From the NCBI GenBank assembly GCA_963735055.1, contig CAVTJN010000019.1:329547-393546 (forward strand): 64,000 nucleotides of DNA. The letters run 5' to 3'. A program made the translations under genes and the position numbers. Shown one piece after another: positions 38,580 to 48,066 of this stretch (positions are counted from its first letter, which is position 1; the number at the start of each line of letters is the position of its first letter). The notes beneath the pieces are model-generated. The model did no database searches. It was not told the DNA's origin and worked only from the letters and a program-made list of their open reading frames with translations. The DNA comes from an uncultured Chloroflexia bacterium. Lineage in GTDB: Bacteria; Chloroflexota; Dehalococcoidia; Dehalococcoidales; UBA2162.

Positions 38580-40364
38580 ATGTGCGGAATAGTCGGATAC
38601 GTCGGTGACAGCCAGGCGCAGCCAATACTGTTGAACTGTCTCCGGAAGCTTGAGTACCGGGGATACGATTCGTGCGGCATCTCGGTCGCCTCAGGAGAGA
38701 TCCAGACCTGTAAGGATGCCATCAGGGTCGAGGATTTGTCCAGACTATCCCCGCAGTTCCCGGGAACCATCGGGATAGGACACACCCGCTGGGCAACCCA
38801 CGGTCCTCCTTCCCGAGTCAATGCTCATCCGCACTCGGATTGCTCGCGGAGGATATCGGTGGTGCACAACGGCGTTGTGGCCAACTACCAGCAACTCAAG
38901 AAGCAGCTTATCACCGAGGGCCACAGGTTCCTATCCGAAACCGACACGGAGGTAATTCCACACCTGGTGGAGAAGCACTATCACGGTGACCTCGTCAAAG
39001 CCGTGGAGTTGACCGTCGCCGAGTTGGAGGGTTCCTACGCCTTCATTGTGATGATGGCGGGAGATCCGAGACTGGTCGTGGCGAAGCGAGACAATCCGCT
39101 GGTTATCGGGATCGGCGACCACGGGAACTTCGTTACTTCGGACGTACCGGCCTTGTTGGATTATACGAACAGAGTCATCTACCCGGAAGATGGAGACCTG
39201 GTCGTCCTCGAACAAAGGAGCGTCCGCGTCATCAGGAACGGCGAAGAAGTGAAGGTCGAGGAACAGAAGGTGCTCTGGGGAGTGGACGAGGCCAGGAAGG
39301 GCGGCTACGAGCACTTCATGCTCAAAGAAATCCATGAACAGCCGCGGGTGATCAGGAACACCCTGGCCGAATACTCACGCAACCCGGACCCGGTGGCCGC
39401 CCTGTCACGACTACGCGACGACGGGATGGAATCGATGCTCATGCTTGCCTGCGGCACTTCCTATCATGCGTCGCTGGTAGGCAAGTACATGATCGAGGAA
39501 CTGCTGAGAATTCCGGTGAGGGTCGAACTGGCCTCTGAGTTCAACTACTACAGCCATGCACTGGCAAAGACGCTCGCCATCGCCATAACCCAATCTGGAG
39601 AGACGGCCGACACGCTAAAAGCGATGAGGCGATCGAAGGAGGTCGGCTGCTCCATCCTGGCTATCACCAATGTCGTGGGCAGTTCGGCGACGCGCGTGGC
39701 GAACCAGACCATCTACACCCGGGCCGGGCCCGAGATGAGCGTCGCCGCGACCAAGAGTTTCACGGCGCAGCTGATGGTGTTGTACTGGCTGGCGATATCG
39801 TACTCTAAGGATCCCCCCAAGCGCGTGGCGGCTTTGCACGGGGAGCTCAGGCAACTACCGACCAAGGTGCAGCAGGTGCTGGACGAGGAAAACAGCATCA
39901 GAGATCTGGCCAAGTCATTGGCACAATACGAAAATGCCTTCTTTATCGGGCGCGGAATCAACTACCCGATAGCCCTGGAGGGCGCCCTGAAATTGAAGGA
40001 GATCTCTTATATCCACGCCGAAGGCGCGGCCGCCGGGGAGATCAAACATGGCCCGCTCGCCCTGTTCGGGGCCGACACGCCCGTGATTGCACTTGTGGGC
40101 AAGGACGGCACCTACGGACCGATGGTAACCAGTATCAAGGAAATCAAAGCCAGGGGGGCGCCGGTCCTGGCGGTGGCTGAGGAAGGCGATGATTCGGTCA
40201 AGGAACTCGCGGACTCCGTCATCTATATTCCGCCGATAGAACCGATCTTCTCACCAGTCCTGAACGTTGTCGCCCTGCAATTGCTGGCCTACCACACGGC
40301 CAAAGAGCGGGGCTGTCCGGTGGACTTCCCGCGCAATCTGGCCAAGAGTGTAACGGTAGAATAG
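38580..40364 (+). CDS. glmS: Glutamine--fructose-6-phosphate aminotransferase
   Basis: MCGIVGYVG.. Ntn-Cys, two SIS domains, C-terminal ..NLAKSVTVE. Confidence 0.9.
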   Translation: MCGIVGYVGDSQAQPILLNCLRKLEYRGYDSCGISVASGEIQTCKDAIRVEDLSRLSPQFPGTIGIGHTRWATHGPPSRVNAHPHSDCSRRISVVHNGVVANYQQLKKQLITEGHRFLSETDTEVIPHLVEKHYHGDLVKAVELTVAELEGSYAFIVMMAGDPRLVVAKRDNPLVIGIGDHGNFVTSDVPALLDYTNRVIYPEDGDLVVLEQRSVRVIRNGEEVKVEEQKVLWGVDEARKGGYEHFMLKEIHEQPRVIRNTLAEYSRNPDPVAALSRLRDDGMESMLMLACGTSYHASLVGKYMIEELLRIPVRVELASEFNYYSHALAKTLAIAITQSGETADTLKAMRRSKEVGCSILAITNVVGSSATRVANQTIYTRAGPEMSVAATKSFTAQLMVLYWLAISYSKDPPKRVAALHGELRQLPTKVQQVLDEENSIRDLAKSLAQYENAFFIGRGINYPIALEGALKLKEISYIHAEGAAAGEIKHGPLALFGADTPVIALVGKDGTYGPMVTSIKEIKARGAPVLAVAEEGDDSVKELADSVIYIPPIEPIFSPVLNVVALQLLAYHTAKERGCPVDFPRNLAKSVTVE

Positions 40365-40501
40365 GGAGCATGAGCAACCCGCCCGCTGCGCAAGGATACT
40401 CCCAAGGCCATGCCAAGCCCTCGGGACTAAGTAGCAGGGACTAGTCCTTTCGATCCAAATAGTTACGCGCCAGGGACGATGACATCCAGATTTTCCTCCG
40501 C

Positions 40502-40530
40502 TTGACTTGCCCCGCCGCATGGGCTATACT
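40502..40530 (+). promoter_or_regulatory. Promoter candidate for the Wood-Ljungdahl cluster
   Basis: TTGACT (40502-40507), 17 nt, TATACT (40525-40530). Confidence 0.5.
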
Positions 40531-40561
40531 GTCATGGGTAAGCAATAGACGGCGTTCCTGC

Positions 40562-40596
40562 AAAGCTGAGTGCTTTCCCCCGGAAGTCTCAGCTTT
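40562..40596 (+). promoter_or_regulatory. 9-bp perfect hairpin in the cooC/fhs 5' leader
   Basis: AAAGCTGAG-n17-CTCAGCTTT, lying between the promoter and the ATG at 40621. Confidence 0.3.
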
Positions 40597-40620
40597 AATT
40601 ATGTCCCCAATAAGGTTTCA

Positions 40621-41391
40621 ATGAAGCTGGCAATTAGCGGCAAAGGCGGAGTAGGGAAGACTCTACTGTCGGCGTTACTGTGCAAGGCTTTCGCTGAATC
40701 AGGGTATTCGGTCATCGCGATCGACGCTGATCCCGACGCAAATCTGGCAGCTACTCTGGGTTTTCCCCACCCGGAACAGATCACCCCGGTATCCGAGATG
40801 AAGGAACTCATCGAGGAACGCACGGGTACCCGTCCGGGGGAGGTGGCACCATATTTCACTCTGAACCCCAAGGTTGACGATATCCCGGACAGATATGCCC
40901 ATCGCCATGAGGGGATCAGGCTGATGCGAATGGGCGATGTAAAGGGCGGCGGCCACGGCTGTTACTGTCCGGAAAGCGCCTTGCTCAAGACGCTCATGGC
41001 CCACCTGCTGGTCGCCCGGAATGAAGCCGTCATCCTCGATATGGAAGCAGGCATCGAACATTTGACCCGGGGCACAGCCGGCGCAGTGGATCGACTGGTG
41101 GTTGTTGTCGAACCGGGCCGGAGAAGCATCGAGACGGCGGTCAGCATTCACAAGCTGGCAACTGATCTGGGCCTGAAGAACCTTGCTGCGGTGGGCAACA
41201 AAGTGCGAGGTGAATCGGACCGGCAATTCCTGACGTCGGCCTTGCCCGGTTTTACGTTTCTCGGATTCATCCCCTACGACCAGGCGGTCGTGGATGCCGA
41301 CCTGGCGAACCGGTCGGTACTTACCGCCAGCCCCCGGGTGATCGCGGCGGTGAAAGAAATCTTCCAAGCTCTTATTTCGACGAAGAAGTAG
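40621..41391 (+). CDS. cooC: CooC-type nickel-insertion ATPase
   Basis: [15 protein letters not shown]-loop, then ..GCYCPE.. Confidence 0.85.
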   Translation: MKLAISGKGGVGKTLLSALLCKAFAESGYSVIAIDADPDANLAATLGFPHPEQITPVSEMKELIEERTGTRPGEVAPYFTLNPKVDDIPDRYAHRHEGIRLMRMGDVKGGGHGCYCPESALLKTLMAHLLVARNEAVILDMEAGIEHLTRGTAGAVDRLVVVVEPGRRSIETAVSIHKLATDLGLKNLAAVGNKVRGESDRQFLTSALPGFTFLGFIPYDQAVVDADLANRSVLTASPRVIAAVKEIFQALISTKK

Positions 41392-41438
41392 TCGAACGAT
41401 TGGTCAAAGAGACACTAACTACAACAGGAGGAGACCGC

Positions 41439-43214
41439 ATGCCCTACGATGTTTCCAAAATGGCCGACTGGCAGATAGCTGATGCCGCCGAAGAGAACAT
41501 GCCCACGCCCGATGAATGGCGAGAGAAGCTGGCCCTGAAGAAAGATGAACTCCTGGCTCACGGAAAGGTCGCCAAGCTTGACTTTCTGAAGGTAATGGAG
41601 CGGTTGCAGAGTCGGCCGGACGGAAAGTACATCGAGGTAACGGCGGTGACCCCCACCCCACTGGGCGAAGGCAAGACCACCACGACCATGGGTCTTATTG
41701 AAGGTCTTGGAAAGCAAGGCGAGAACGTGGGCGGCTGTATCCGCCAGCCTTCGGGCGGCCCCACCATGAATGTCAAGGGGACGGCGGCCGGTGGTGGTAA
41801 CGCCATCCTCATCCCGCACACCGAGTTGTCCATGGGCCTGACGGGTGACATCAATGACATCATGAACGCCCACAACCTGGCGATGGTAGCGCTCACCGCC
41901 AGAATGCAGCATGAACGCAACTACGATGATGCGCAACTCATGAAATTCAGCAAGATGCCCCGCCTGGACATCGACCCGCTGAGAGTCGAAATGGGATGGA
42001 TCATTGACTTCTGCGCCCAGAGCCTCCGTAACATAGTGATCGGCCTGGGGCCGCAGAAGACCGACGGCTTCCTGATGCAGTCGAAGTTTGCCATTGCGGT
42101 GAGTTCCGAACTGATGGCAATACTCTCCATCATCAGGGATCTGGCCGACCTCAGGGCACGGATGAACGACATTACCGTAGCCTATGACAAGAAGGGCAAG
42201 GCAGTCACCACCGCCGATCTACAGGTGGCCGGAGCAATGACCGCCTGGATGCGGAACACCATCAACCCGACCCTATGCAGCACCGCCGAGTACCAGCCGG
42301 TCATGGTCCATGCCGGCCCCTTCGCCAATATCGCAGTCGGTCAATCTTCAATCATTGCCGACCGCCTTGGATTGAAGATGTTCGACTATCACGTGACCGA
42401 AAGCGGTTTCGCCGCTGACATCGGATTTGAGAAATTCTGGAACGTGAAGAGCCGCTTCAGCGGACTAAAACCCAACGTTTCTGTGCTCGTCGCCACGGTG
42501 AGATCGCTAAAGATGCACGGTGGTGGTCCGAAGGTAACCCCGGGAGTGGCTCTACCCGATGCCTACAAGAAGTCGGCTCCCGACCTGGTTGAAAAAGGGT
42601 GCGCCAATCTCGTCCATCACATCGGCATCATACGAGCCGCGGGAATCAATCCCGTTGTTTGCGTCAACATGTTCCCGACCGACAGCAAGGAAGAGATCGC
42701 CATCGTACGGAAGGCGGCGGAAGCGGCGGGGGCCCGCTGTGCCGTATCTACCCACTACGCCCAGGGGGGAGCGGGCGCCGGCGAGTTGGCCGATGCGGTC
42801 AAGGATGCCTGCAAAGAGAAGAATGATTTCCACTTCCTGTATCCCAATGAGATGAAGCTGCGCGACCGTGTTGAGAGGATAGCCAAGGTGGTCTACGGAG
42901 CCGCCGGGGTTAGTTGGTCTGCCGACGCCGAAGCCAAGGCCAAGCGCTTTGAGTCGGACAAGCAGTACGACGAATACGCAACCATGATGGTGAAGACGCA
43001 TCTGTCGCTCAGCCACGACCCGACCCTCAAAGGTGTACCCAAGGGTTGGACTCTCCCCATCAGAGACGTTCTTATCTACTCAGGGGCCAAGTTCCTTTGC
43101 CCGATGGCGGGGACTATCAGCCTGATGCCGGCAACCGGATCGGACCCGGCATTCCGGAAAATAGACGTGGACGTTAAGACGGGAAAGGTAAGGGGACTTC
43201 ACGAGGTAGACTAG
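41439..43214 (+). CDS. fhs: Formate--tetrahydrofolate ligase
   Basis: ..[15 protein letters not shown].. ATG after AGGAGG. 591 aa. Confidence 0.9.
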   Translation: MPYDVSKMADWQIADAAEENMPTPDEWREKLALKKDELLAHGKVAKLDFLKVMERLQSRPDGKYIEVTAVTPTPLGEGKTTTTMGLIEGLGKQGENVGGCIRQPSGGPTMNVKGTAAGGGNAILIPHTELSMGLTGDINDIMNAHNLAMVALTARMQHERNYDDAQLMKFSKMPRLDIDPLRVEMGWIIDFCAQSLRNIVIGLGPQKTDGFLMQSKFAIAVSSELMAILSIIRDLADLRARMNDITVAYDKKGKAVTTADLQVAGAMTAWMRNTINPTLCSTAEYQPVMVHAGPFANIAVGQSSIIADRLGLKMFDYHVTESGFAADIGFEKFWNVKSRFSGLKPNVSVLVATVRSLKMHGGGPKVTPGVALPDAYKKSAPDLVEKGCANLVHHIGIIRAAGINPVVCVNMFPTDSKEEIAIVRKAAEAAGARCAVSTHYAQGGAGAGELADAVKDACKEKNDFHFLYPNEMKLRDRVERIAKVVYGAAGVSWSADAEAKAKRFESDKQYDEYATMMVKTHLSLSHDPTLKGVPKGWTLPIRDVLIYSGAKFLCPMAGTISLMPATGSDPAFRKIDVDVKTGKVRGLHEVD

Positions 43215-43264
43215 AGTCATACTCGGCTGATATTGCGTTATGCTAGGCTAGACTAGAGGTTGGG

Positions 43265-45241
43265 TTGGCGAAAGACGTAGCGGAGGCAGGCTGCAGGGTA
43301 CATTTTGAGCCAGGCAACTGTGACGTTGTCGTGGAAAAAGGGAGTAATCTGCTGGAGGCGGCAATTCAAGGCTGTGAAAGGCTTGTGGCCGCCTGCGGCG
43401 GATCGGGCACCTGTGGGACCTGCAAAGTGCTAATTGAAGAGGGGGAGGTCGAGACCACCCGGACGGCGAAGCTGTCTGATGAGGAATTCGCAAAGGGGCT
43501 TCGGCAGGCTTGCCAGACCAGGGTACTGACCGACCTGAGGGTGTTCGTACCGGTGGAATCTAGAATGGAGACCGCGGTGCTGTCCCGCGAGCGCAAGGGA
43601 CTGGCTGCGGGTTCTCGAGACGACGCCCTCGCCTCCGGATGGCGATTCAATCCTCCGCTGACCAAGTACTATCTCAAACTCCCGCCGCCGACATTGACCG
43701 ACAACAGCAGCGACCTGTCACGATTGTTGCGAGGTCTCAAGCAGGAATTCCGACTGGGCAACATGACCGTTGATTTTGATGTGGTTAAGCGCTTGCCTGG
43801 CGTCCTCCGGGCCATGGATTGGACCGCTACGGTGACGACGCTGGTTACGGCCCTAGAACCGTCGACCGTTAACCGAACGCGACGGCCAAGGCTGGTAAAC
43901 GTAGAGTCTGGGGATACGCGGCAAAGACACTATTCACTCGCGGTGGACATCGGGACCACGACGGTTAAAGGACAGCTGCTTGACCTGGCACGCGGCCGAG
44001 TCGTCGCCGAGAGCGCCGAGTACAACGGACAGAGGAGGTACGGGGCCGACGTCATTACCCGCATCACATACTGTCAGAAGCCGGGCGGCCTCGAGAGGCT
44101 GCAATCGGTCGTTGTTGAAACGATCAATAACATACTCGACAGACTACTCAACCAGAGCAGCGTGGACCGTGCGGATGTTGGCCACCTCAGTGTCGCCGGC
44201 AATACCACAATGATCCAGATATTCCTGGGTATCGACCCAAAGTACATCCGGCTCTCCCCCTATACGCCGGCAGCCACCTACTTGCCTCCGGTGAAGGCCG
44301 CCTCGCTGGGCGTCAGGGTGGCAGATCACGTCTACCTGTCCGCTTTTCCGCTGGTTGCGAGTTATATTGGTGGCGATATTACCGCCGGGGTGGTCGCGGC
44401 CGGCATGCACCAGACCAGGAAACTGACATTCTACATGGACATCGGCACGAATGGTCAAATCGTCATCGGGAACTCCGATTGGATGGTCACGGCCGCTTGT
44501 TCAGCGGGCCCCGCCTTCGAAGGTGGGGAGATCAAGCATGGGATGATCGCCACCAATGGCGCCATCGAAGGGTGCGACATCAATCCGACCACCCTTGAGC
44601 CGACAATCGGCACCATCGGCGGCGAAAAGCCGAAAGGAATCTGCGGCTCCGGGCTGATCAACATTGTTGCCGAGTTGCTAGAAAACGGGGTCATCGGCCA
44701 GAACGGCAAGTTCGACACCTCTCTCAACAGCGAGCGCATCCGGCGCGGTGAAGACGGATACGAGTACGTATTAGCCCCGGCCGGCGAAACCCAGATCGGG
44801 AAAGACATCGTGCTCACCGAAATCGACATCGACAATCTCCTTCGGGCAAAAGCGGCCATGTATGCCGGCTTTCGAACGCTGATCAAGAGCGTTGGCTTGG
44901 TGCCGAACGACGTCCAACAGATAGTCATTGCAGGAGCATTCGGTAGCTACATCAATGTGGACCGGGCGATCACGATTGGGCTCTTGCCTGATTTGCCGCG
45001 TGAACGGTTCATCTTCATCGGCAACGGCTCTCTGATGGGCGCTCGCCTGGCCGACTACTCGATCGACATCATCGACGAAGTCCGGCGGGTTGCCAGGGCG
45101 ATGACCAATTTTGAACTGAGCGAAAATACGGATTTCATGAACAACTACGTGGCGGCAATGTTTCTGCCCCATACGGACAGCGAAGAGTTTCCCTCGGTGA
45201 GTGCACGGTTGCCAAGCCTCGCGGGAAGAGGCCAGGAGTAG
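43265..45241 (+). CDS. RACo-like reductive activator of corrinoid Fe-S protein ([2Fe-2S] ferredoxin domain plus ASKHA ATPase)
   Basis: N-terminal CGGSGTCGTCKV. Central/C-terminal ..VDIGTTTVKG..MDIGTNGQ..CSAGPAFEGG.. Confidence 0.75.
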   Translation: MAKDVAEAGCRVHFEPGNCDVVVEKGSNLLEAAIQGCERLVAACGGSGTCGTCKVLIEEGEVETTRTAKLSDEEFAKGLRQACQTRVLTDLRVFVPVESRMETAVLSRERKGLAAGSRDDALASGWRFNPPLTKYYLKLPPPTLTDNSSDLSRLLRGLKQEFRLGNMTVDFDVVKRLPGVLRAMDWTATVTTLVTALEPSTVNRTRRPRLVNVESGDTRQRHYSLAVDIGTTTVKGQLLDLARGRVVAESAEYNGQRRYGADVITRITYCQKPGGLERLQSVVVETINNILDRLLNQSSVDRADVGHLSVAGNTTMIQIFLGIDPKYIRLSPYTPAATYLPPVKAASLGVRVADHVYLSAFPLVASYIGGDITAGVVAAGMHQTRKLTFYMDIGTNGQIVIGNSDWMVTAACSAGPAFEGGEIKHGMIATNGAIEGCDINPTTLEPTIGTIGGEKPKGICGSGLINIVAELLENGVIGQNGKFDTSLNSERIRRGEDGYEYVLAPAGETQIGKDIVLTEIDIDNLLRAKAAMYAGFRTLIKSVGLVPNDVQQIVIAGAFGSYINVDRAITIGLLPDLPRERFIFIGNGSLMGARLADYSIDIIDEVRRVARAMTNFELSENTDFMNNYVAAMFLPHTDSEEFPSVSARLPSLAGRGQE

Positions 45242-45246
45242 ACTAA

Positions 45247-46005
45247 TTGACTTTTTCAATTGCGGTTGCAGGGAAGGGCGGTACCGGCAAGACGACGCTG
45301 GCTACCCTTGTGGTTCGTCATCTGATCAGGCGAAAACTGGTGCCGATCCTGGCCATCGACGCCGACCCCAACGCGAACTTCGGGGAAAGCATGGGCCTCG
45401 AGGTCACCGAGACGGTCGGCTCCACGATCGCCGGTTTCAACGAGGATAAGATCCGCCTGCCCTCGGGAATGACCAAGGAAGCTTACCTGGAAGTCCAACT
45501 CAATGGGACGCTGGTGGAAAGCCGCGGGGTGGACCTGTTGACCATGGGACGGGGGCAAGGAGCTGAATGCTACTGCTACCCAAACCTGGTACTGAGGAAA
45601 TTCGCGGACACGCTGGTGCAGAACTACCCTTACATGGTGATGGACAACGAAGCAGGGATGGAACACCTCAGCCGCAGAACCACCGACAACATCGATGTCC
45701 TGGTGCTCGTATCAAACCATTCCATAAAGGGACTGCGGGCGGTGGCCAGAATCAAAGAACTAGTCGCCGAACTGAAGCTGCGGATCGGACGAGAATTGGT
45801 AGTCATTACCTCTGTGCCAGGGAGACTCGACCCCATGATGAGCGAAGAACTGGAAAACCTCGAAATCAAGCCCTTTGCCCTGATTCCGTACGATGAGACG
45901 ATACGAAAATACGATTTCGAACGGCGTACACTCCTTGACCTGCCCGACGACGCCATTGCAGTGGCCGCGGTAGACACTCTGATGTCGGGGATTCTAAGCA
46001 AATAG
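45247..46005 (+). CDS. CooC/AcsF-type nickel-insertion ATPase, second copy
   Basis: IAVAGKGGTGKTT, then ..AECYCYPN.. Confidence 0.8.
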   Translation: MTFSIAVAGKGGTGKTTLATLVVRHLIRRKLVPILAIDADPNANFGESMGLEVTETVGSTIAGFNEDKIRLPSGMTKEAYLEVQLNGTLVESRGVDLLTMGRGQGAECYCYPNLVLRKFADTLVQNYPYMVMDNEAGMEHLSRRTTDNIDVLVLVSNHSIKGLRAVARIKELVAELKLRIGRELVVITSVPGRLDPMMSEELENLEIKPFALIPYDETIRKYDFERRTLLDLPDDAIAVAAVDTLMSGILSK

Positions 46006-46027
46006 CAGACTTGAAAGGAGCTGATAT

Positions 46028-46906
46028 ATGGCGGCAGAGATAATCGACGGCAGACGGATAGCGGCCGAAATCCAAGGCGAGTTGAAAGAACGCATAGCCA
46101 AACTGCAGGACAAGGGCATCACCCCGAAGTTAGCCACCATACTCGTCGGAGAAGACCCGGCGTCTTTGTCCTATCTTCGCGGCATCACGCGCACTTGCGG
46201 CGAGGTCGGTGTTGCCACGGACGCGGTCAAACTCGCCGCGACGATCAACCAGGCGGACCTGCTGCACAAGCTTGAGGAACTGAACCGTGACTCAACAGTC
46301 CACGGGATATTGTTGTTCCTGCCACTGCCGAAGCAGCTCAACGCAATCGAAGCGGAGAGCGCCATTTCGCCAGACAAGGACGTCGATGGCACCAACCCGG
46401 TGAGCACCGGCAAATTGTTGCTGGGAGAAGAGACCTTCTACCCATCGACTCCCTACGGGGTCCAGGAGTTGCTGGTGCGAAGTGGCAACGACCCCGATGG
46501 GAAACATGTGGTTATCGTGGGCCGGAGCAACATAGTTGGCAAGCCTTTGATAGGAATACTCGTTCAAAAAGGCAGGGGCGCAAACGCCACTGTCACCGTG
46601 TGCCACACGGGCACTAAGAACCTGGCCGCAATTACCAGACAAGCTGACATCCTGGTGGCAGCGATGGGCAAGGCCCGAGCGATCACCTCGGATCTGGTGA
46701 GGGAAGGGACAGTAGTAATCGACGTGGGGGTAAACTTCGTCCCCGACCCGGCAACCGGGAAGAACAAGCAGGTTGGCGACGTCGATTTCGATGCGGTCAA
46801 GGAAAAGGCGAAGGCGATCACGCCGGTCCCCGGTGGTACGGGTGCAGTGACATCGATGATGCTCATGGCCAATACGGTCAAGGCCGCGGAACGAATCAGC
46901 AAATAG
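46028..46906 (+). CDS. folD: FolD-family methylene-THF dehydrogenase paralog 1 (cyclohydrolase Lys/Gln replaced)
   Basis: Canonical VIVGRSNIVGKPL, but SYLRGITRTC replaces YVxxKxKAC and LLFLPLP replaces QLPLP. Confidence 0.8.
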   Translation: MAAEIIDGRRIAAEIQGELKERIAKLQDKGITPKLATILVGEDPASLSYLRGITRTCGEVGVATDAVKLAATINQADLLHKLEELNRDSTVHGILLFLPLPKQLNAIEAESAISPDKDVDGTNPVSTGKLLLGEETFYPSTPYGVQELLVRSGNDPDGKHVVIVGRSNIVGKPLIGILVQKGRGANATVTVCHTGTKNLAAITRQADILVAAMGKARAITSDLVREGTVVIDVGVNFVPDPATGKNKQVGDVDFDAVKEKAKAITPVPGGTGAVTSMMLMANTVKAAERISK

Positions 46907-46934
46907 TCCAAATAACCTGGAAGAGGTGAACACC

Positions 46935-47816
46935 ATGCCGGCCAGGATTCTGGATGGGCGCAAGATATCTGCCGAGATACGGGAAGAGTTGAAGGAAGAG
47001 ACGAGGAAACTCGGGGAACGGGGGGTGGTTCCCGGACTTGCCGGTATCCTGGTGGGCGAAGACCCGGGTTCGGTGACCTACGTCGGTCTCAAGAGCAAGG
47101 CTTGCGAAGAAGTGGGCGTCAAGGAGATGATGTGCCATCTGCCGGAGACAGTCACCCAGACTGAACTGCTTCAGAACATCGATCGGCTTAACAAAGACCC
47201 CAAAGTCCATGCCATCTTCATTCAACTGCCACTCCCGAAGCATCTTTCCGAGGAGGGCGCACTTGCGGCGATCGCCCCCGATAAAGATGTCGACGGTTTT
47301 CACGCCATGAACGTAGGCCGGGCCTGGCTCGGGCAGAAGGCGTTTGTTCCCGCGGTGGCCATCGCGATTCAGGAGATGGTGATCCGCAGCGGATACTCTT
47401 TCGCCGGCAAGGAAGTGGTCATTATCAACGTAGATACGATGGTCGGCAGACCTTTGGCCTCGATACTGGTCCAGGATAACGCGCGGGCGAGGGCAAACGT
47501 CACAATGTGCTATCCTGACACCCCGAATCTCGCAGACTATACGAAGCGCGCCGATGTTGTAGTAGTCTCCGTCAACAAGCCAAGGTTCATCGTTGCGGAC
47601 ATGGTTAAGGAAGGCGCCGTCGTCATAGATTTCGGCGGGACGTTCGTTGAAGATCCGGTCACGAAGAGGCGAAGGACCGTTGGGGACGTGGACTTCGACG
47701 GCGTGAAGGAAAAGGCCGGCGCGATTACGCCGGTCCCCGGAGGCGTCGGACCGATGTTGGTAACCATGCTTATGCTTAGCGCTGTTGGTTCCGCCAAGAC
47801 AGCGGCCGGAATTTAG
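46935..47816 (+). CDS. folD: FolD-family paralog 2 (catalytic Tyr/Lys/Gln kept, Rossmann G-R-S motif degenerate)
   Basis: TYVGLKSKACEEVGV, IQLPLP, DKDVDGFH and PGGVGPML are present. VIINVDTMVGRPL replaces V(I/V)G(R/A)SxIVGxP. Confidence 0.8.
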   Translation: MPARILDGRKISAEIREELKEETRKLGERGVVPGLAGILVGEDPGSVTYVGLKSKACEEVGVKEMMCHLPETVTQTELLQNIDRLNKDPKVHAIFIQLPLPKHLSEEGALAAIAPDKDVDGFHAMNVGRAWLGQKAFVPAVAIAIQEMVIRSGYSFAGKEVVIINVDTMVGRPLASILVQDNARARANVTMCYPDTPNLADYTKRADVVVVSVNKPRFIVADMVKEGAVVIDFGGTFVEDPVTKRRRTVGDVDFDGVKEKAGAITPVPGGVGPMLVTMLMLSAVGSAKTAAGI

Positions 47817-47831
47817 GAAGGAGGAGGCACC

Positions 47832-48050
47832 ATGGAGTACAAGGTCGAGAAGAAGAGCGCACCTGGATGGGACCAGATAGACGTGCTCGGCGAGACCTAT
47901 GAGCCGGGAGTTCCGCAAGGACAGGAAATGGGAGCGTGGCGGCAGAAGCTGCTCAGCCGCGGTGAAAAACTAAGATACCTCGAAAGTGGGGAAAGATACT
48001 ACTACGGGAAGGAATGGTACGGCAGTGAGAAGAGAAAGAAGCCCGCATAG
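47832..48050 (+). CDS. Hypothetical 72-aa protein inside the Wood-Ljungdahl operon
   Basis: Strong RBS GGAAGGAGGAGG. Charged, Tyr/Lys-rich sequence with no recognised motif. Confidence 0.5.
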   Translation: MEYKVEKKSAPGWDQIDVLGETYEPGVPQGQEMGAWRQKLLSRGEKLRYLESGERYYYGKEWYGSEKRKKPA

Positions 48051-48066
48051 CCGAGGGAGGCGATAG

